Below are positions 48,537-56,708 of a DNA stretch of 56,708 bases, one piece after another. The notes beneath the pieces are model-generated. The model ran no database searches. It saw nothing but the letters and a program-made list of their open reading frames with translations, and was not told the DNA's origin. Source of the DNA: Tubiluchus corallicola. Lineage: Eukaryota > Animalia > Priapulida. Location: the NCBI GenBank assembly GCA_030141605.1, contig JAQGDQ010001187.1, positions 1 to 56,708 on the forward strand, read 5' to 3'. The first letter of the stretch is position 1, and the number at the start of each line of letters is the position of its first letter. The position numbers were made by a program, and so were the translations under genes.

Positions 48537-51329
48537 AGGAAAAGTCAAGTCTTCTGGGAAGTTAGGCGTATTTCAATGTTCGCAAAAAATGTTAGAAGGA
48601 TTTAGTAATAAAACTGCAACAAGCGCCTCGTGTAATTAGTAAAATCACTTTAAAGTCACGATCACTTCATTCTTGGACGTTCCAATTTTCACTGCCCATT
48701 CTTCCCCCAATGACGTCATTCGTTCTGAAGAAATGTAGCGTTCAGTCAATCTTCATCAAAAGCATAACAAGTTTTTAAAACAAAAGAACACATAGCTAAC
48801 TTTGTAATATTTTTGCGTGAACTTTGGGTAAGCTGCAGAAGTCTGAATTAGTTTAACTGGCGCGCGCTTACGGAAAGCCACGACGCGCTTACGAAAAGTC
48901 ACGAAGTCTCCCAGTTACCTTATAATTTTCAAGTGAATGGCGGCAAACACCATGCCTGAAAATTTTTATTCAGAGGTTGTATATTTTAAGTTTTTGCTTT
49001 ACAGGCAGTTCTTTGTAAATATCTTTGTTATATTATTCTAAGTTTAAGTGATAACAGTAAAATAAACCCAACATACTGAGTGACTTGTTCTTTCCTTTAG
49101 CACACCACAAACAGTTTAAGTGATAACAGTAAAATAAACCCAACATACTGAGTGACTTGTTCTTTCCTTTAGCACACCACAAACAGTTTCAGTGATAACA
49201 GTAAAATAAACCCAACATACTGAGTGACTTGTTCTTTCCTTTAGCACACCACAAACAGTTTCAGTGATAACAGTAAAATAAACCCAACATACTGAGTGAC
49301 TTGTTCTTTCCTTTAGCACACCACAAACAGTTTAAGTGATAACAGTATAATAAACCCAACATACTGTGTGACTTGTTCTTTCCTTTAGCACACCACAAAC
49401 AGTTTAAGTGATAACAGTAAAATAAACCCAACATACTGAGTGACTTGTTCTTTCCTTTAACACACCACAAACAGTTTAAGTGATAACAGTAAAATAAACC
49501 CAACATACTGAGTGACTTGTTCTTTCCTTTAGCACACCACAAACAGTTTAAGTGATAACAGTAAAATAAACCCAACATACTGAGTGACTTGTTCTTTCCT
49601 TTAACACACCACAAACAGTTTAAGTGATAATAGTAAAATAAACCAAACATACTGAGTGACTTGTTCATTCCTTTAGCACACCACAAACAGTTTAAGTGAT
49701 AACAGTAAAATAAACCCAACATACTGAGTGACTTGTTCTTTCCTTTAGCACACCACAAACAGTTTAAGTGATAACAGTAAAATAAACCCAACATACTGAG
49801 TGACTTGTTCTTTCCTTTAGCACACCACAAGCAGTTTAAGTGATAACAGTAAAATAAACCCAACATACTGAGTGACTTGTTCTTTCCTTTAACACACCAC
49901 AAACAGTTTAAGTGATAACAGTAAAATAAACCCAACATACTGAGTGACTTGTTCTTTCCTTTAGCACACCACAAACAGTTTAAGTGTTAACAGTAAAATA
50001 AACCCAACATACTGAGTGACTTGTTCTTTCCTTTAGCACACCACAAACAGTTTAAGTAATAACAGTAAAATAAACCCAACATACTGAGTGACTTGTTCTT
50101 TCCTTTAGCACACCACAAACAGTTTAAGTGATAACAGTAAAATAAACCCAACATACTGAGTGACTTGTTCTTTCCTTTAGCACACCACAAACAGTTTAAG
50201 TGATAACAGTAAAATAAACCCAACATACTGAGTGACTTGTTCTTTCCTTTAGCACACCACAAACAGTTTAAGTGATAACAGTAAAATAAACCCAACATAC
50301 TGAGTGACTTGTTCTTTCCTTTAGCACACCACAAACAGTTTAAGTGATAACAGTAAAATAAACCCAACATACTGAGTGACTTGTTCTTTCCTTTAGCACA
50401 CCACAAACAGTTTAAGTAATAACAGTAAAATAAACCCAACATACTGAGTGACTTGTTCTTTCCTTTAGCACACCACAAACAGTTTAAGTTATAACAGTAA
50501 AATAAACCCAACATACTGAGTGACTTGTTCTTTCCTTTAGCACACCACAAACAGTTTAAGTAATAACAGTAAAATAAACCCAACATACTGAGTGACTTGT
50601 TCTTTCCTTTAGCACACCACAAACAGTTTAAGTGATAACAGTAAAATAAACCCAACGTACCGAGTGACTTGTTCTTTCCTTTAGTACACCACAAACAGTT
50701 TAAGTGATAACGGTAAAATAAACCCAACATACTGAGTGACTTGTTCTTTCCTTTAGCACACCACAAACAGTTTAAGTGATAACAGTAAAATAAACCCAAC
50801 ATACTGAGTGACTTGTTCTTTCCTTTAGCACACCACAAACAGTTTAAGTGATAACAGTAAAATAAACCCAACATACTGAGTGACTTGTTCTTTCCTTTAG
50901 CACACCACAAACAGTTTAAGTGATAACAGTAAAATAAACCCAACATACTGAGTGACTTGTTCTTTCCTTTAGCACACCACAAACAGTTTAAGTGATAACA
51001 GTAAAATAAACCCAACATACTGAGTGACTTGTTCTTTCCTTTAGCACACCACAAACAGTTTAAGTGATAACAGTAAAATAAACCCAACATACTGAGTGAC
51101 TTGTTCTTTCCTTTAGCACACCACAAACAGTTTAAGTGATAGCAGAAAAATAAACCCAACATACTGAGTGACTTGTTCTTTCCTTTAGTACACCACAAAC
51201 AGTTAAAGTGATAACGGTAAAATAAACCCAATATACTGAGTGACTTGTTCTTTCCTTTAGCACACCACAAACAGTTTAAGTGATAACAGTAAAATAAACC
51301 CAACATAGTGCGTGTTTTGTTCTTTTCTT
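48537..51329 (+). mobile_element. Kolobok-like non-autonomous element, family A, copy 2, with 72-bp terminal array
   Basis: Starts TTAA|AGGAAAAGTCAA. The body matches 5311-5810 and it ends in a degenerate terminus followed by TTAA at 51330. Confidence 0.8.
49041..51308. repeat. 72-bp minisatellite, ~31 copies (same family as 5810-7435)
   Basis: Unit gtttaagtgataacagtaaaataaacccaacatactgagtgacttgttctttcctttagcacaccacaaaca. Confidence 0.97.
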
Positions 51330-52149
51330 TTAAATAAGTTTAGCTCACTAGTAATGAAAACCCGTGGGCATTTTGTGAACGCCATTGTATGGCGTATGAT
51401 ATATATTAAATCTATATTCATGTATGCTGTTATTAACTCAGTAAACATACTACCGCACAATAGGTACAACCAAGGTGTTTATTTAACCAACACACACACA
51501 CAGTGTTGCACAATAGGCATCGCTACATCTCCGAATATCAGCTTTTCACTAACAAACATCAATAGATAGCTATTATGTGTTTAGCATTCACTGGACGTCT
51601 GATGTATCGGGTGTATCATGGCGCAGAAGTCACGCGAATTTCAATTATCGCAAAAATTACGAGCTTGATGTATTTTGTTAGAATGGGGATATTTTTGTTT
51701 ACGTGAACATTTTTCCTCTTCGCTTTAGTAGCGCATTACTGGTAATCAACTTTGCTGAAATCTACATTCAAAGCCCGTGATGCACGCTTTCTACGGCAGG
51801 CTCATTTGCGTTCGCTTATTTCTACGTTCTGTAATTGTAGGTGTTCAAGCTGTCGCCGTTTTAACATAATTTTCAGAAAATAACACATTTGTACAGTAGG
51901 ACGCTTTGTTAGTCATAGTCTAGTACTCAATGGCTTCACTTGTTCATTATAAAATTCTCAATCATTGTAGCAGACCAGGTTTTAGCTCACTGTCAATGGT
52001 GAACGTCCAACAAGAGATGCTGAATCGACTTAGCTACGTTCTAATGCATGTAGATGTAAATTGTTTTTCAGCGAGGTAAATGTTCCGAGGAGAATGATTG
52101 AGGGAAATATACAGAAACGGTATGGAGAAGAAACCGCCGTGAAGCAGTA

Positions 52150-53085
52150 CGATGGAAGAAGCCATCCAGAAGCAACATGACGGAAGAAGCCATCCAGAAG
52201 CAACACCATGGAAGAAGCCATCCAGAAGCAACATGATGGAAGAAGCCATCCAGAAGCAACATGATGGAAGAAGCCATCCAGAAGCAACATGATGGAAGAC
52301 ACCACCCAGAAGCAACACGATGGAAGAAGCCATCCAGAAGAAACATGATGGAAGAAGCCATCCAGAAGCAACACGATGGAAGAAGCCATCCAGAAACAAC
52401 ACGATGGAAGAAACCATCCAGAAGCAACATGATGTAGGAAACCATCCAGAAGCAACATGATGGAAGAAGCCATCTAGAAGCAACACGATGGAAGAAGCCA
52501 TCCAGAAGCAACATGATGGAAGAAGCCATCCAGAAGCAACATGATGGAGGAAACCATCCAGAAGCAACATGATGGAAGAAGCGTCCAGAAGCAACATGAA
52601 GGGAGAAGCCATCCAGAAGCAACATGATGGAAGAAACCATCCAGAAGCAACATGATGGAAGAAACCATCCAGAAGCAACATGATGGAAGAAGCCATCCAG
52701 AAGCAACATGATGGAAGAAGCCATCCAGAAGCAACATGATGGAAGAAGACATCCAGAAGCAACATGATGGAAGAAACCATCCAGAAGCAACACGATGGAA
52801 GAAACCATCCAGAAGCAACATGATGGAAGAAGCCATCCAAAAGCAACATGATGGAAGAAACCATCCAGAAGCAACACGATGGAAGAAGCCATCCAGAAGC
52901 AACATGATGGAAGACACCATCCAGAAGCAACATGATGGAAGAAACCATCCAGAAGCAACATGATGGAAGAAGCCATCCAGAAGCAACATGATGGAAGAAA
53001 CCATCCAGAAGCAACATGATGAAAGAAGCCATCCAGAAGCAACATGATGGAAGAAACCATCCAGAAGCAACATGATGGAAGAAGC
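52150..53085. repeat. 28-bp minisatellite, ~33 copies
   Basis: Unit catgatggaagaagccatccagaagcaa. Confidence 0.96.
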
Positions 53086-53483
53086 AGCTCAGTTTGGTAA
53101 AACAAACTGCTCGGAAACGGTATTGCACAGGAAACTGCCTACAAGCAGTATGACAGAAGAAGCAGCTCAGTATGGTAAAACAAACTGCAACGAAGCAGTA
53201 TTGCACAGGAAACTGCCTACAAGCAGTATGACAGAAGAAGCAGCTCAGTATGGTAAAACAAACTGCGACGAAGCAGTATTGCACAGGAAACTGCCTACAA
53301 GCAGTATGACAGAAGAAGCAGCTCAGTATGGTAAAACAAACTGCAACGAAGCAGTATTGCACAGGAAACTGCCTACAAGCAGTATGACAGAAGAAGCAGC
53401 TCAGTATGGTAAAACAAACTGCTCCGAAGCAGTATTGCACAGGGAACTGCCTACAAGCAGTATGACAGAAGAAGCGGCTCAGT
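53078..53483. repeat. 78-bp minisatellite, ~5 copies, abutting the 28-bp array
   Basis: Unit gaagaagcagctcagtatggtaaaacaaactgcaacgaagcagtattgcacaggaaactgcctacaagcagtatgaca. Confidence 0.95.
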
Positions 53484-55459
53484 AATCGCCCTCATCCGTC
53501 GTCTACTGACGAGGATCAAATGTTGCTTAATACTACCCATAGGGTTTTAGTCAAACGAATAATGTACTAACACCTGACTGGCCCAGCATTTACGAAAGTA
53601 ATTAAAATGTAGAAAATTGGATGCCTGCCAGGTGCTCTGGCAACCTCATGTTCACTCTATGCATCCAATAAACTGCACCGTTTTGCCAAATACTGTCAGA
53701 TCTACGCATGTATAGACAACAGACACGGGAGATATCGCGTCAGACACCCTAAACCCTTCAAGGGTCCAAATTTTTTGGCTAGATCAAACATTGGAGGTAC
53801 CAGTTGGAAGTAATCGTGTTTAATATAATCGTTTAAGCTTTTCCAGAAATCCTTTATTACGCCCCTTTTCACCTCCACGTTTGACTTTGGTTTCAAAGTG
53901 CACGCCGTAACTGTTCGGCTAGTCTCCTCAAACCAAAAAGAGATAAAATAAAATGTTTAGACAAAATGGCATTTCAGTTTGTAGTTTTGCACCACCCGCC
54001 CGATGACACGAAATTCGTTAGCCATGGCGTTTGTATTTAGTAGGAGCAAAAAAGGAATGTATGAGTTTTAAGCACATACAAGTTTTAATTGCAAGGAGGA
54101 AAAATATTCTGACAGGAAACCAACAGGTAATTGTTAATATGGCTATAGACTGCGTCAAATCCGTTACAAAGTAATGATTTTAATTTTTTTAAACACAGCA
54201 CAGCTGCTGTCAGTTCTAGGTTACCTTGTTACAACGTTAAGTTGAAAGAAATTGTACTGCTTATATATTTTATGACAAAATATATAAAATATTTGGTTCC
54301 TATTGGTATAATTAGCTTATTGATTAAACCATTAGTCTTTTTTACTATCGTTATTTTGTTTTATTACTAATCGTGCAAATAATCTTGACTGATAAACCTT
54401 TTTTATGAATTACTTATGTAAAGTATATTCGAAATAAAATGATGTTGATAAAAAAGTAAAAAAAAAATGTTCACTGATATTGATTTATCCATTCATAGCC
54501 ACTCTTACTCATTACTACAAACCATGCCTGTCCTTACAAAATGATACTCCACCATCTCATTTTAAGATTTCTCAGCCGGTCACGCTGAGTAAGGAAGCTC
54601 CGTGAAATGCCGAGCGTTCTACTAACACACGTGATGAAACTTTTGACACGAGCGGCTTCTTTGACAAAATGCAAAAGTTGCATGTAGGTTACAAGATGAA
54701 GCAAAAACTGGGACAGAAAGACGTGTCATTTAATCCTGATTGGTTACTTGCAAAAATAGTCTGGAATGTAGGCGAAGTTTCCAGAAGTGAACAGCTGGTT
54801 CGGGAAAGCTACGGAAATTCCCGAATTTGCTAGCGGGATAAGACGACAGTGAAAAAATTATTATAAAGGAGTTGACAAATTATAATTACGAATGACGAAA
54901 TAAAAAATCATTATTTATAAACTTTATAAATTGGTAATTTACGTCAGACTAAAATCAAAGACTCCCTTGTCTATATTTGCGTTATTGTCTATTTGTGAGG
55001 CAATTTCAAGGGTCAGAGACTTTGTATTACCTATACACAATATATTTGGTCTACAACTACATGCAATGCATAAGCATCACATTTCTTTTGCTTTCGTGTT
55101 CATCGAAATTAGATCAATTGAGTAAAATTTACCTCACCACTTATATGGTTTTGTCACGGTTAAAGAATTAAAAGTGTTTCATGTCTGATACTTGCGCGAG
55201 AAAGTATGGACAGTTTATTAGCAGGGTTCTTCAGCCTTGAGTTCTATAAACTAGATCCCGAAATAAAAAGATAAATGGTATATATTAGTTTCGCTGGTAT
55301 GTTACATATTATATATATTATATAATTAAATATTGCAGAAATAATGTTATTAGGACAGGAAACTTCTTGGGTGCTTTGCTTGTCTATGTATTAATTCTGC
55401 TGGTATGTTTATATATATATATATATATATGTATATATGATTTATATATATATAAGATT

Positions 55460-55812
55460 AATGTAATGTAATGTAATGTAATATAATATAATATAATATA
55501 ATATAATATAATATAATATAATATAATATAATATAATATAATATAATATTATATTATATTATATTATATTATATTATATTATATTATATTATATTATATT
55601 ATATTATATTATATTATATTATATTATATTATAGTATATTATATTATATTATATTATATTATATTATATTATATTATATTATATTATATTATATTATATT
55701 ATATTATATTATATTATATTATATTATATTATATTATAATATAATATAATATAATATAATATAATATAATATATTATATTATATTATATTATATTATATT
55801 ATATTATATTAT
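55460..55812. repeat. (AATAT)n/(ATATT)n pentamer tract with orientation switches
   Basis: Blocks alternate between a motif and its reverse complement. Confidence 0.93.
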
Positions 55813-56079
55813 GTATTACAGTAAGTAATAGTATTAGTACAGTATTGCAGTACAGTATTGTACATAGTATAGTATAAAAATAGTATATTATATTATGGAA
55901 AATAGTATAGTATAGTATACAGTAATAGTATATTAAAAATATTAGTATTAGTATAGTATTAAATGTATTATATATAATAGTAATATTAGATAGTATAGTA
56001 TATTAGTTTAGTATAGTATAGTATTAGTATTATAATAAATAGCACATACCAGTAATAGTACAGTACAGTAACATAATAC

Positions 56080-56590
56080 AATACAATACAATGACAGTAC
56101 AATACAATACAATACAATACAATACAATACAATACAATACAATACAATACAATACAATACAATACAATACAGTACAATACAATACAATACAATACAATAC
56201 AATACAATACAATACAATACAATACAATACAATACAATACAATACAATACAATACAATACAATACAATACAATACAATACAATACAATACAATACAATAC
56301 AATACAATACAATACAGTACAGTACAATACAATACAATACAATACTATACAATACAATACAGTACAGTACAATACAATACAATACAATACAATACAATAC
56401 AGTACAATACAATACAATACAATACAATACAATACAATACAATACAATACAATACAATACAATACAATACAATACAATACAATACAATACAGTACAGTAC
56501 AATACAATACAATACAATACTATACAATACAATACAATACAATACAATACAGTACAATACAATACAATACAATACAATACAATATAATAT
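56080..56590. repeat. (CAATA)n microsatellite
   Basis: Directly visible, with occasional CAGTA variants. Confidence 0.96.
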
Positions 56591-56708
56591 AATATAATTA
56601 AAACGATATACATAATTATATATATATATATCGCATATATTAATTCTACTTGTATGTATATATATATATATAAGATTCGAGGCTACAGCTTCGACGAGGG
56701 CACCATTT

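Noticed and set aside
53702-53896. 64-aa minus-strand ORF with protein-like composition
   Set aside because: No recognisable domain, TTG start and no clear splice boundaries; it cannot be supported without a homology search.

Overview
This is an AT-rich animal (probably invertebrate) genomic window. It holds one convincing protein-coding gene: an intronless biogenic-amine class A GPCR at 30136-31752 (+). Its motifs are closest to alpha1-adrenergic receptors, with some alpha-octopamine-receptor-like residues. Almost all other ORFs in the track are read-throughs of repeats. The rest of the window is a dense repeat mosaic. It includes TTAA-bounded Kolobok-like non-autonomous elements (3-4 families, several in 2-3 copies), hAT-type MITEs with 8-bp TSDs, and two foldback-type elements with inverted minisatellite arms. 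It also includes two bipartite RTE-derived SINE-like copies, a tRNA-derived SINE head, decayed non-LTR RT/CR1-like remnants, an interstitial (TTAGGG)n tract, and many micro- and minisatellites. The most notable pattern is that several tandem arrays are built from the terminus of a transposable element (TIR plus target-site/flank), including a 72-bp 'repeated right end' array carried by two copies of one family. No CRISPR or prokaryotic-type system is present. All calls are by eye; no alignments or database searches were run.
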